From NCBI GenBank assembly GCA_021404905.1, contig QWHN01000001.1, positions 130,162 to 194,161 on the forward strand: a stretch of DNA of 64,000 nucleotides, in the 5' to 3' direction. Below the pieces are notes generated by a model, which was given only the letters and a program-made list of their open reading frames with translations, made no database searches and was not told where the DNA came from. This stretch comes from Candidatus Saccharibacteria bacterium CPR2. GTDB lineage: Bacteria; Patescibacteriota; Saccharimonadia; Saccharimonadales; QWHN01. Positions 35,536 to 44,887 of this stretch are shown one piece after another. Within the stretch, counting starts at the first letter, position 1. Every line of letters begins with the position of its first letter. The position numbers were made by a program, and so were the translations under genes.

Positions 35536-35799
35536 ATGTTCTGCGTATACGTGCTGCGCAGTGAAACTAACAATCAATTCTACACCGGATATACTGCGGA
35601 TCTGAGAAAACGATTCCTACAGCACACAGAAGGTAAAAGTACCTACACAAAAAATCGTGGACCGTATCAACTGATATACTATGAAGCATGTCTAAACAAT
35701 AAAGATGCATTGGCACGAGAAAGATACTTAAAGTCAGGAATGGGTAAAAGATACTTAAATAATCGTATGAAGCGTTTTTTGGAGGCTCTAACGGGATGA
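35536..35799 (+). CDS. Small GIY-YIG nuclease-family protein wedged between rfbD and rfbA
   Basis: [30 protein letters not shown]...[24 protein letters not shown] is the GIY-YIG (UPF0213-like) pattern. It starts 5 nt after the rfbD stop, and its stop overlaps the rfbA ATG (ATGA). Confidence 0.85.
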   Translation: MFCVYVLRSETNNQFYTGYTADLRKRFLQHTEGKSTYTKNRGPYQLIYYEACLNNKDALARERYLKSGMGKRYLNNRMKRFLEALTG

Positions 35800-36665
35800 A
35801 GGGAATTATTTTGGCTGGTGGTTCCGGTACACGTTTATATCCAATAACCAAGGGAATTTCAAAACAGCTAATGCCTATTTATGACAAACCGATGGTGTAT
35901 TATCCGCTAAGCACACTTATGCAAGCAGGCTTGAGAGATATTTTGATCATTACAACCCCGGAAGATCAACCGCAATTTCAACGTCTCCTGGGAAATGGGT
36001 CTGACTGGGGTATAAACCTTTCTTATGCCGCACAATCCGCTCCTGAGGGGTTGGCGCAAGCTTTCATTATCGGGGAAAGCTTTATTGGCAACGATAAGGT
36101 TGCGCTTGTTTTAGGCGACAATATTTTTCATGGAAATGGGTTTGACGAAGAGTTAAAAAGTTGTACTGATCCAGATGGAGGCATAGTTTTTGCATACCAG
36201 GTTGCCGACCCTGAACGTTATGGCGTAGTTGAATTTGATGAAAACATGAAAGCACTTTCTATAGAAGAAAAACCAGCTGATCCTAAGTCTAATTATGCAG
36301 TTGTAGGATTATATTTTTATGACAACGACGTCATTGAGATAGCAAAAAGCCTTAAGCCTAGCGACAGAGGAGAACTGGAAATTACATCTGTAAATGAAGA
36401 ATATCTAAAGCGCGGCAAGCTTCAAGTCAAGCCCATGAGCCGAGGCTCAGCCTGGCTCGACACTGGTACATTCGAGAGCATGAACGCCGCGAGCGAATAT
36501 GTACGGGTAATAGAAAAACGTACTGGCCTCAAACTTGGCTGTGTCGAAGAAGTTGCTTATCGACAGGGTTTCATACAATCTTCGCAACTTAAGGAAATCG
36601 CCCAACCTCTTATAAAATCTGGTTATGGTAGATATATGATGCGCATCATAGAAAACACTGATTAA
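35796..36665 (+). CDS. rfbA: Glucose-1-phosphate thymidylyltransferase
   Basis: [36 protein letters not shown] is the canonical RmlA N-terminus. Confidence 0.95.
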   Translation: MKGIILAGGSGTRLYPITKGISKQLMPIYDKPMVYYPLSTLMQAGLRDILIITTPEDQPQFQRLLGNGSDWGINLSYAAQSAPEGLAQAFIIGESFIGNDKVALVLGDNIFHGNGFDEELKSCTDPDGGIVFAYQVADPERYGVVEFDENMKALSIEEKPADPKSNYAVVGLYFYDNDVIEIAKSLKPSDRGELEITSVNEEYLKRGKLQVKPMSRGSAWLDTGTFESMNAASEYVRVIEKRTGLKLGCVEEVAYRQGFIQSSQLKEIAQPLIKSGYGRYMMRIIENTD

Positions 36666-36742
36666 AAGCTAGTTCTCTAATCTAGACAGATAAAATATTT
36701 GTTATTATGTATACATAAAAGAAACGAGAGGTTTGCGCTTCC

Positions 36743-37453
36743 ATGCACAAGAATAGCACTATAGCTATAGTTATTCCGGCATACAATGAAGGTGTTGCGA
36801 TAAAAGAGGTTATAAAAAAACTTAGAGAAACATTGGCGAAAAGAAAGCTTAACTTTGAAATTATTGTCGTTGATGACGGATCAAAGGATAATACTGCCGA
36901 GCAAGCCCGTGAAGCAGGAGCGCATGTTATTCAACATATATTAAATGCTGGTACTGGAGCAGCAACAGCGACAGGTTTATATTACGCGCAGCAAAATCAG
37001 TTTGATATTGCAGCTACATTAGATGCCGATGGGCAACATGATCCTGAAGATGTTATTACAGGAATTAAACTTATGCTTTTTAAAGAAGGAGATTTATTAA
37101 TTGGTAGCAGGCTTATAAATTCTGAAGGTATGTCAAAAGTTAAGATACTCGGCAATAAGGGCTTAAGCTTTATTACCTATATGCTTTTTGGTATTAGTGT
37201 CACTGACTCGCAATCAGGTTTGCGCATATTTTCGAGAAATGCGCTTGACCATTTAAAATGGAGAACTAATGGGTTTGAGTTTTGCTCAGAAATGTTATGG
37301 CGAGCAAAACAAAAAGGCATGGTAATCAAAGAATATCCCATAAAAGCAATTTACACCGACTACTCAAAAGGTAAAGGCCAAAATAACTGGAACGCTGTGA
37401 ATATTATTAAGTCTCTTATACAAAGACGAGTTATGGAGCTATTCGGTGAGTAG
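36743..37453 (+). CDS. GT2 polyprenol-phosphate glycosyltransferase (DPM1/GtrB-like)
   Basis: IAIVIPAYNEG..VVDDGSKDNT..DADGQHDP. Confidence 0.87.
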   Translation: MHKNSTIAIVIPAYNEGVAIKEVIKKLRETLAKRKLNFEIIVVDDGSKDNTAEQAREAGAHVIQHILNAGTGAATATGLYYAQQNQFDIAATLDADGQHDPEDVITGIKLMLFKEGDLLIGSRLINSEGMSKVKILGNKGLSFITYMLFGISVTDSQSGLRIFSRNALDHLKWRTNGFEFCSEMLWRAKQKGMVIKEYPIKAIYTDYSKGKGQNNWNAVNIIKSLIQRRVMELFGE

Positions 37454-37808
37454 ATATTTTATTTTAATTATCTTGAATACGCCTCTTATTGTCGCAGCAA
37501 TTTTAAACGCGACAGTTGCTTATAAACTCAAGCGCACAAATAAACGGCGGTTTATATTTAGAGTTTTATTTTGGCTAAGTATATTTGCCGGATTAATTTT
37601 CGCCCAACCAATTTACGTGTTTTTGTTTTCCAATAATCTTACTCAAACCGAACCCTTAAGTCTTTTTGATGTTATACAAATTACTGGTATAATTTTTTCT
37701 CTATTCATTGTTAATCAAGCCTACGCAAAAGTAGATCGTCTGGAGCAAAGGTTTCAAAACCTTCATCAAGAGCTTTCTATTATGTTGTCTAGGATAAAAT
37801 CAAAGTAG
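37446..37808 (+). CDS. Small membrane protein (DUF2304-like) coupled to the GT2
   Basis: 120 aa, 3-4 TM helices plus a C-terminal amphipathic helix. 8-nt overlap with the GT2 stop; the family pairing is recalled from actinobacterial loci. Confidence 0.55.
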   Translation: MSRYFILIILNTPLIVAAILNATVAYKLKRTNKRRFIFRVLFWLSIFAGLIFAQPIYVFLFSNNLTQTEPLSLFDVIQITGIIFSLFIVNQAYAKVDRLEQRFQNLHQELSIMLSRIKSK

Positions 37809-37849
37809 TATTTGGCAAAAAATTGTATTAAATCTTACAATAACTGCGC

Positions 37850-38836
37850 TTATTCATAAAATATCCGCATGAGTTGCCGACCGACTTGATATGCATCATG
37901 TCTAATCAAGGTGCGACGAATAACTTTATCATTCGGATCTTGCAAAGCTAATTCTTTAGCCACCAAAGAAGCTCCTATAGTAATGGCTCCGATTTCGCTG
38001 AATCTCTCAGGATTTGTATCAACCGGAAATTCACCTTCCGCTGCATATTTTTCCAATAGTTCTTTACTTGGCGGCTCATTATTATATAAAGCATAATCAA
38101 TTTGATCCTTGCCAATGCGTTGCTCAAAGGCTTTTACATAATCAGCTACGTGCCAGCCATCAGTTTGGCCAGGCTTATTAACAAGATTTGATATAGCAAT
38201 TTTTTTGGCGCGAGATGCTTCGAGTGCTTCCTTTAAACCATCGACCACCATAACAGGCAAAAGTGAGCCATACAAATTACCTGGGGCAATAACAACTAAA
38301 TCAGATTTTTCGATCGCTTGGGCTGCTTCAGGGTTAATATTGGCTGGTGGATCAAGCTTAATGGTTACTTCAGGGTTTTTTATTTCCCTGTGACCTATTA
38401 TATATTCCCCTCTCACAGTCTCATCACCATCTTGCATGACCAAAGTATGGTTTTCCAGTGTCGCAGGTATAACCTGGCCGGTAATATGAAGGATCGCACT
38501 TGCTACTTTTACAGCCTTTGCGAAACTTCCGTGTTGGAGTTCAAGCCCTGAGAGAATGATATTACCCAGTGATTGGCTCTCAAACCTTCCTCGGTCAAAA
38601 CGATAGCTAAACAAATCCCGGACTTCCGGAGTATCACTCAGAGCAACTAAGCATTGTCTTACATCGCCGGGAGGTAACACACCAAGCTCATCGCGCAATA
38701 CTCCTGTTGAACCTCCATCGTCGCACATATTAACAATAGCTGAAATATTAGGCGTAAATTCCTTTAGCTCTTGTAACAACGTAAAGCTGCCAGTACCCCC
38801 ACCGATAACTGTAATTTCTGGCTGATTAACACTCAT
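37850..38836 (-). CDS. yvcK: YvcK/CofD-family (UPF0052) gluconeogenesis-factor-like protein
   Basis: VIGGGTGSFTLLQELK...VNMCDDGGSTGVLRDELGVLPPGDVRQCLVALS. Confidence 0.88.
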   Translation of the reverse strand: MSVNQPEITVIGGGTGSFTLLQELKEFTPNISAIVNMCDDGGSTGVLRDELGVLPPGDVRQCLVALSDTPEVRDLFSYRFDRGRFESQSLGNIILSGLELQHGSFAKAVKVASAILHITGQVIPATLENHTLVMQDGDETVRGEYIIGHREIKNPEVTIKLDPPANINPEAAQAIEKSDLVVIAPGNLYGSLLPVMVVDGLKEALEASRAKKIAISNLVNKPGQTDGWHVADYVKAFEQRIGKDQIDYALYNNEPPSKELLEKYAAEGEFPVDTNPERFSEIGAITIGASLVAKELALQDPNDKVIRRTLIRHDAYQVGRQLMRIFYE

Positions 38837-38906
38837 AGGGTATCAATGTATCAATAAATTAATAAGAATCAAGCTTAAGCATGTATAAAATATTAATAAT
38901 TTTCAG

Positions 38907-39998
38907 TTATTCTGGTATAGAACGATAATAGCTGAGTACAATTCTAACTACCGTATCGCTTACGTTTGATTTTAAATAATCAGTTGGGGCGATCCAGTTA
39001 TTGTCCGCATTTACTACCGTATCTATAGCTAATTTTATTTTTTCTGGGTTGGCACCGGACAGAAAAATACTGCCAGCATCAATAGTTTCAGGTCGCTCAA
39101 TGGCATCTCTTAAGGCCACAGCAGGAACCCCAAAAATACTGCATTCTTCGGGCGCAGTACCGCTGTCGCTAAGTACACAATAAGCATTTTTTTGTAAATT
39201 ATTAAATTCAAAGAAACCAAGTGGCTCAGATACCACGATGCCGCTACGGACTTTGAGTTTAGGGTTCTCGTCGAGGCGTTTTCTGGTATGTGGATGAACG
39301 CTCCATATCATTGGTAATTTATACTTGTCGTAAACTTCATTAAACGCTTGAACAAATTTAGCCAGTCGTTCTTCTTTATCAACGTTTTCTGAGCGATGCA
39401 AAGTCATTAGAAAAAACTTGCCTTTTTCTAGGTTCAATTTTTCCATAACATCGCTTCCATCAATTTGCGGCATGAAGTGGTCTATTACCTCTTTAATGGG
39501 ATTGCCAGTTACATAAATTCGATTACTAGCTATTCCGTCGCGAATTAGATGTTCATGGCTACGTTCAGAATATGGCAACAAGATATCACTTTGGCTATCA
39601 ATAATTCGGCGATTGTTTTCTTCTGGAATTCTATCATCAAAACTTCTGTTGCCAGCTTCCATATGAAAGACGCGCACGCCCATGCGTTTTGCCATAATAG
39701 CACCGAGGCTGCTATTGGTGTCGCCAAGTACCAAAAAAGCATCTGGTTTTTCTTTAGGAATAATTTTTTCCAGCTTGCTTAAAATAATGCCAGCTTGCTC
39801 GCCAAAAGAACCCTTCGCATTTAGGTAATAATCCATTTTGCGGTAACCTAGCTGATCTAAAAAGACATCGTTCAAATTCGGGTCGTAATTTTGGCCGGTA
39901 TGGACCAAAACCTGGTCACATAATTTGTCTAGTTTCTTAACTATCAAACTCAAGCGAATTAACTCTGGGCGAGTACCTAAAATAGTCATTACCTTCAC
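38907..39998 (-). CDS. UDP-N-acetylglucosamine 2-epimerase-family enzyme (WecB/FnlC-Cap5G type)
   Basis: ILGTRPELIRLS...VHTGQNYD...LGDTNS...HMEAGNRSFD...TLHRSENVD. Confidence 0.87.
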   Translation of the reverse strand: MKVMTILGTRPELIRLSLIVKKLDKLCDQVLVHTGQNYDPNLNDVFLDQLGYRKMDYYLNAKGSFGEQAGIILSKLEKIIPKEKPDAFLVLGDTNSSLGAIMAKRMGVRVFHMEAGNRSFDDRIPEENNRRIIDSQSDILLPYSERSHEHLIRDGIASNRIYVTGNPIKEVIDHFMPQIDGSDVMEKLNLEKGKFFLMTLHRSENVDKEERLAKFVQAFNEVYDKYKLPMIWSVHPHTRKRLDENPKLKVRSGIVVSEPLGFFEFNNLQKNAYCVLSDSGTAPEECSIFGVPAVALRDAIERPETIDAGSIFLSGANPEKIKLAIDTVVNADNNWIAPTDYLKSNVSDTVVRIVLSYYRSIPE

Positions 39999-40927
39999 TA
40001 TTTTTGACCTTTCTTTGGAAAGCCATAGCTTGCTACTTCGAACACCATTTGCTCAATTGTCGGCGGAATACTATAACCGGCCGCAGACCAAATTTCTTTA
40101 TTCAGTTTTTCGTTACTGGTCGCGAGAGTACGGTCTACAACTGTTGGTGCTTTTACTGAGTTAATCTTAATGTCGCCGCGCCCAAATTCTTTAGCAAAAC
40201 TTTTAAGTAAATCTGATTTTGCAATGGAGTTGCCTGGAATTACATGCTGAATATGGGGCAACTTGATGCTGTTTTTGATTATGCCTTGGCAAATGCGAGC
40301 AAAATGCAGTGTTGTTACACCATTCCATTGATGATTGGTGAAACCATTAAGTTCAGCTTTCTTTGGGTTGCCCAGAAACCAATCCATTAATGATAGATGT
40401 CCTTTAAGTTCTGGCCCGATAATAGAACATCGTACATGATGGATGTTGTCAAAATGAGCTTCACCTAAGCTTTTAGTTTTACCATAAACATCCAAAGCAT
40501 CGTGCGCATCGGATTCTACATACTGACCTTTTTGCCCGGAGTAAACACAATCAGTAGCAATTTGGATAATTTCGGCTCCAGTTTTTTGCGCCGCTTTGGC
40601 TAACAAGTGTGGGAAAAGAGCATTGATGCGAGTAGCTCGCTCTACCTCAGCAGCATTATCATCGTGAATATATGGCTTGATCACGCCAATGGCATTAACT
40701 ACCCAATCAATCCCGTTAATTGTTTCGGCAATTTCATCTTCAGTACCTTTCTCAGTATCAAGAACCCGAAAATCTACACCCAAATAACCCTTTATAAATT
40801 CTTCGGCTTCAGCGCTTTTTCGATAAGTTGCCACCACTTCAAAATCACCGCTCTGCACAAAAGAATCAAGCGTGATGGCCCCTAACATACCTGTGCAACC
40901 TAGTATTGCGACTTTGAACTTTTGCAT
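39998..40927 (-). CDS. SDR-family sugar-nucleotide reductase (RmlD-substrate-binding-like)
   Basis: N-terminal VAILGCTGMLG Rossmann motif and a YGKTKSLGE catalytic Y-x3-K. The start overlaps the downstream epimerase boundary at 39998. Confidence 0.72.
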   Translation of the reverse strand: MQKFKVAILGCTGMLGAITLDSFVQSGDFEVVATYRKSAEAEEFIKGYLGVDFRVLDTEKGTEDEIAETINGIDWVVNAIGVIKPYIHDDNAAEVERATRINALFPHLLAKAAQKTGAEIIQIATDCVYSGQKGQYVESDAHDALDVYGKTKSLGEAHFDNIHHVRCSIIGPELKGHLSLMDWFLGNPKKAELNGFTNHQWNGVTTLHFARICQGIIKNSIKLPHIQHVIPGNSIAKSDLLKSFAKEFGRGDIKINSVKAPTVVDRTLATSNEKLNKEIWSAAGYSIPPTIEQMVFEVASYGFPKKGQK

Positions 40928-40967
40928 GATTATTAATTACTCCTTATATCAACCCTAAAACTTAAAT

Positions 40968-41432
40968 TTATCTTTCCTCTACTGTCCAAATATCCCAATG
41001 ACGAGCGTGGTAGCGAATATCATCGTTTAGTGATTCTTCAAGTGTTGATGTCGAGAAAAATATTATTTGAGTATCGCCCGTTAGGGACATAAACCCATTA
41101 GCATAACCCGCAGGTATGTATAGAATTTTTGGAGTCTTTTCTGACAATACAAAACGCTTAACTTCAGTTTGCTTCGAGGGCGTATTCCAATCATCAATTT
41201 CTACCGCCCCTACTAAAGCAGAGCCCTTTACAACAAGCACGTATTTAGCTTCTTTCTTGTGAGCGTGCCAAGCACGTACGAATCCTTGCCCGTGATTTGA
41301 CACCATGTAAAATCTTTTTACATCACTGAAATCAAACTCGTTAGCAAAAGTAACCTGGCCACGATCATCAACCGCCAAACCTCCTTCAATAATTTCTGCG
41401 TTCTTGGGTTTTTGCTTCGACTTATCAGCCAT
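40968..41432 (-). CDS. Cupin-fold sugar-nucleotide isomerase/epimerase (WxcM/FdtA-like)
   Basis: VKRFYMVSNHGQGFVRAWHAHKKEAKYVLVVKGSA...LYIPAGYANGFMSL. Confidence 0.68.
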   Translation of the reverse strand: MADKSKQKPKNAEIIEGGLAVDDRGQVTFANEFDFSDVKRFYMVSNHGQGFVRAWHAHKKEAKYVLVVKGSALVGAVEIDDWNTPSKQTEVKRFVLSEKTPKILYIPAGYANGFMSLTGDTQIIFFSTSTLEESLNDDIRYHARHWDIWTVEER

Positions 41433-42389
41433 TTATTTCTCCTCTCCAAAATAATGATGTGTGTTAAACATTGTTAAGAAGCTTTGGTTTGAATATCGTG
41501 GATTGTTGACATCTTTAATGCGCCTTTCTTCAATTAGTTTTTTAACCTCCACAATTCCGTCTTCAGCTGTAAATTTAGGGTTGAAACCAAGAGTTTTGCG
41601 AGCTTTGTCGCTGTTAACTTTGTAGTTGCGGGCATCCTGGAATTTTATGTCAACGATTTCCATCTTGACGCTCGGAATATGCTTCTTAACTTGATTGGCC
41701 AGATCAATTATTTTAACGTTTTCCTGGTGAAGGTTATAAACGCCGGTGTGCTTAGTTTCTAGGTTGTCGGCCACAGCTTGCGCGGCATCTCTGACATGCA
41801 AAAGTGGTCTCCATTGCTCACCACCAAAAACCTTAAACTCTCCGTCTATAATTGCGCGGGTAGTAAGCGTGTTAAGCACCAAGTCCAATCTGATTCGGGC
41901 AAAATTGTCGCCAAGACCAAAAATCGTACCAAGTCGAAATATAATTGCATTCTTGTTTTTCAAGTAATCTTCAGCAGCCAATTTGGTGCTAGCGTAAACC
42001 GATAGAGGGTTGGTTGGAGCATCTTCGTCAAGCACTTTATCGTGTTCTCCATAAACTGAACAGGTAGACATAAAGACAATGCGGCCATCATAGTTATCTG
42101 CCAGCCATTTGACCATATCTTGATTAAGCTCAGTCGAAATTTCAGGGTTTAGAGCGCAAGCACCATCACCTACTAAAGCTGCTAACCAAACTACAGCATC
42201 AGCCCACTTTAATTGTTCTTTCAAATGTTCCTTGTTTCGTATATCGCCAAAAACGAAAGGTACGTCTTTTAAGTATGATTCTTCAAATAACAATGCGTCG
42301 TAAACACGGACTTCATGCTTAGTTTTAAGTAAAATGTCAGTTAAAGCGCCACCAATATAACCAGCGCCGCCAACAATTAGTATTTTCAA
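41433..42389 (-). CDS. NAD-dependent sugar-nucleotide epimerase/dehydratase (extended SDR)
   Basis: ILIVGGAGYIGG Rossmann motif, MSTCSVYG and YASTKLAAE (Y-x3-K). Confidence 0.85.
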   Translation of the reverse strand: MKILIVGGAGYIGGALTDILLKTKHEVRVYDALLFEESYLKDVPFVFGDIRNKEHLKEQLKWADAVVWLAALVGDGACALNPEISTELNQDMVKWLADNYDGRIVFMSTCSVYGEHDKVLDEDAPTNPLSVYASTKLAAEDYLKNKNAIIFRLGTIFGLGDNFARIRLDLVLNTLTTRAIIDGEFKVFGGEQWRPLLHVRDAAQAVADNLETKHTGVYNLHQENVKIIDLANQVKKHIPSVKMEIVDIKFQDARNYKVNSDKARKTLGFNPKFTAEDGIVEVKKLIEERRIKDVNNPRYSNQSFLTMFNTHHYFGEEK

Positions 42390-42417
42390 GACAGGCCTCC
42401 TTTAGTTCGCTTTATTA

Positions 42418-43254
42418 TTGCATAAATTAATTTGGTATATCAAATGCCAACATTTTTGCATGATTTCGTATGATATTATTGTTTACAAAACAGTGAGGGA
42501 AACTAGATTGGGAAGTAAAGAAACCAACAAGGAATATTACGAAATTTATTGGAACGAAAACATGGTCAAGTATCTACGCCAAAGCGCAGGCGGGAGATGG
42601 TTTGACTATCTTTTAAAGTTAACACTGGCTGAAATACCGCGTAAATCTATAACATCGGTAGCAGACATCGGTTGTGGAGTGGGTAATAAAACAGCATTTA
42701 TGGCTAGCTATTTTGGAAATGCTCATGTTGAAGGTTACGATTTTTCTAAAACAGGAGTTAGAACTGCAAGAAAGTTCCATAAAAGAAAAAACCTTAAATT
42801 CGCCACCCAAGACATTACTGAATCAAATTACAATAGAACGTTTGATTTAATAACGGCTTTTGATCTTCTAGAACATATTGAGGACTGGAAAGGTCTAACT
42901 AAGAAATTAATTAAGGCTAATAACAAGTATATGTTGATATCATCTCCGGTAGGCAAAATGCGTCCTTATGAAGTGCATATTGGTCATGTCAGAAATTTTA
43001 AGGTAGGTGAGATTGAAGAGTTTATGGAATCCCAAGGCTATAAAACAAAGAAAACTTTTTATGCTGGCTTCCCTTTCCATGACCCAATACTAAGAGAGCT
43101 AACAAATATTTTCTACAAGAATTATGCCCAGCTTCCTCAAGCTGAAATGGGATTTTTATCAAGACGGCTACATGACATTTGGTATTTCTTGTTTCGCTAT
43201 TGCTCCTCGAAAAAACGCGGCGATATTTTTGTAGGATTATTTGAAAAAATATAA
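42418..43254 (+). CDS. Class I SAM-dependent methyltransferase
   Basis: Motif I VADIGCGVGNKT and motif II-like FDLITAFDLLEHI. The real start is probably TTG at about 42508, preceded by a GAGGGA SD. Confidence 0.8.
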   Translation: MHKLIWYIKCQHFCMISYDIIVYKTVRETRLGSKETNKEYYEIYWNENMVKYLRQSAGGRWFDYLLKLTLAEIPRKSITSVADIGCGVGNKTAFMASYFGNAHVEGYDFSKTGVRTARKFHKRKNLKFATQDITESNYNRTFDLITAFDLLEHIEDWKGLTKKLIKANNKYMLISSPVGKMRPYEVHIGHVRNFKVGEIEEFMESQGYKTKKTFYAGFPFHDPILRELTNIFYKNYAQLPQAEMGFLSRRLHDIWYFLFRYCSSKKRGDIFVGLFEKI

Positions 43255-43264
43255 AGTATGAAAA

Positions 43265-44503
43265 GTGGCTTCTAAAAATAACCCAAAAAAAATATTAATA
43301 GTAACCCAGCACTTTTGGCCGGAGAATTTTAGGGTTAACGATATCAGCGATTTTTTGATTGAGAAGAACTGCGAAATCGAAGTGCTTTGTGGCATCCCAA
43401 ACTACCCTAAAGGCCAGTTTTTTGACGATTACAGCTGGTTCAAAAACCGCCGGCAAACACATAAAGGAATTAAAATCCGGCGTGCCTTTGAAATTCCACG
43501 CGGCTCAAACACTAACTTTAGGGTTTTTATTAACTATGTTTCTTTCCCTTTGGCCAGCCTATTCCATATACCACGTCTGCTTACTAAAAAATACGACCGG
43601 ATTTTTATTGCTCAATACTCGCCGGTTCTGATGGGTATTGCCGGTATTCTCGTTGGAAAAATCAAGAAAATTGACACTACTATGTATGTTTTTGACCTAT
43701 GGCCGGAAAACTTATTTTCGGTTCTACCCGTTAAAAATAAATTTTTGTGTGATTTAGCCACCAAGGTTTCGCACTGGCATTACAAAAAAGTAAATAAACT
43801 GGTAGCTTTGAGCGAAAGAATGAAGAATCACTTGCAAGAGATCACTAAATTGCCAGATAACAAAATCATGGTTTTACCGCAAGTGTGTGAAAAATTATAC
43901 GAGCAAGATATTGAAGACAAGGATTTAGCTAAGCGATTCAAGAATGGTTTTAATATTCTATTTACCGGAAGCATTACGCCAGCTCAATCTTTCGAAACTA
44001 TAATAAATGCTGCAAAGTTACTAAAAAAAGATGGTATAGACGACATTAACTGGATAATTGTAGGTGATGGTATGTCTCGAAAATGGTTGGAGGGGGAAGT
44101 AAAAAAAGCTGGGCTTTGGGATAGTTTTTATTTTGAAGGCATGAAGCCAATGGAAGACATCCCGCGTTACACCACTATGGCTGATTTACTGGTTGGCTGC
44201 CTGGTAAAAAGCGATCTGCTTGAAGCTACCATTCCAGCTAAAGTCATGTCATACTTCGCAGCAGGACGCCCTATGGTGCTAGCCATGGACGGCGAGGTTC
44301 GAGATCTAGTAAACAACACTGTCAAATGCGGTTTAGCTGGACCAACTGAAGACTTTAAATCTCTAGCTGAAAACATTAAGAAAATCCACGCCTTATCAAA
44401 GACAGAAAGAGAAAAAATGGGCCAACGCGGCCGGGCTTATCACTTCAAGCACTTTGAAAGAAACATGAATCTACAGAAACTGTACGATTTTACCTTTAGC
44501 TAA
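43265..44503 (+). CDS. Glycosyltransferase family 4 (WbuB/WcaI-like)
   Basis: KILIVTQHFWPENFRVNDI N-terminus. GTG start. Confidence 0.82.
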   Translation: MASKNNPKKILIVTQHFWPENFRVNDISDFLIEKNCEIEVLCGIPNYPKGQFFDDYSWFKNRRQTHKGIKIRRAFEIPRGSNTNFRVFINYVSFPLASLFHIPRLLTKKYDRIFIAQYSPVLMGIAGILVGKIKKIDTTMYVFDLWPENLFSVLPVKNKFLCDLATKVSHWHYKKVNKLVALSERMKNHLQEITKLPDNKIMVLPQVCEKLYEQDIEDKDLAKRFKNGFNILFTGSITPAQSFETIINAAKLLKKDGIDDINWIIVGDGMSRKWLEGEVKKAGLWDSFYFEGMKPMEDIPRYTTMADLLVGCLVKSDLLEATIPAKVMSYFAAGRPMVLAMDGEVRDLVNNTVKCGLAGPTEDFKSLAENIKKIHALSKTEREKMGQRGRAYHFKHFERNMNLQKLYDFTFS

Positions 44504-44525
44504 ATTTCTCGTACAATGATCTAAA

Positions 44526-44882
44526 ATGTCAAAAATAATTTTACCTTTATATGTACTGACCACATCTTTTGGTTTAGTCTTGTTAAAATTAGGCTCAGCC
44601 GATGGTTTACCTATAAAGTACTTAAACAGTAAACTACAGTTTAATATCAACTTGTATACAATTGCTGGCATCGTTCTTTATGGAATAAGTTTCTTGCTTT
44701 ACATGTACTTAATTTCAAAAAATGACCTTGGTTATATAATTCCAGTAACAGCTTCTTTCGTATATGTGCTAATTTTTGTTGCTTCTTACTTTATCTTTCA
44801 CGAAGTCTTCACGGCATTAAAAATAGTGGGCATCTCATTAATAGTTATTGGGTTGGTTTTTCTTAACTACAGCCGCAAATAA
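44526..44882 (+). CDS. Small 4-TM membrane protein (EamA/SMR-like; possible lipid-linked sugar flippase subunit)
   Basis: 118 aa with four hydrophobic helices. The functional guess rests on context between a GT and large membrane proteins. Confidence 0.5.
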   Translation: MSKIILPLYVLTTSFGLVLLKLGSADGLPIKYLNSKLQFNINLYTIAGIVLYGISFLLYMYLISKNDLGYIIPVTASFVYVLIFVASYFIFHEVFTALKIVGISLIVIGLVFLNYSRK

Positions 44883-44887
44883 ATGTA

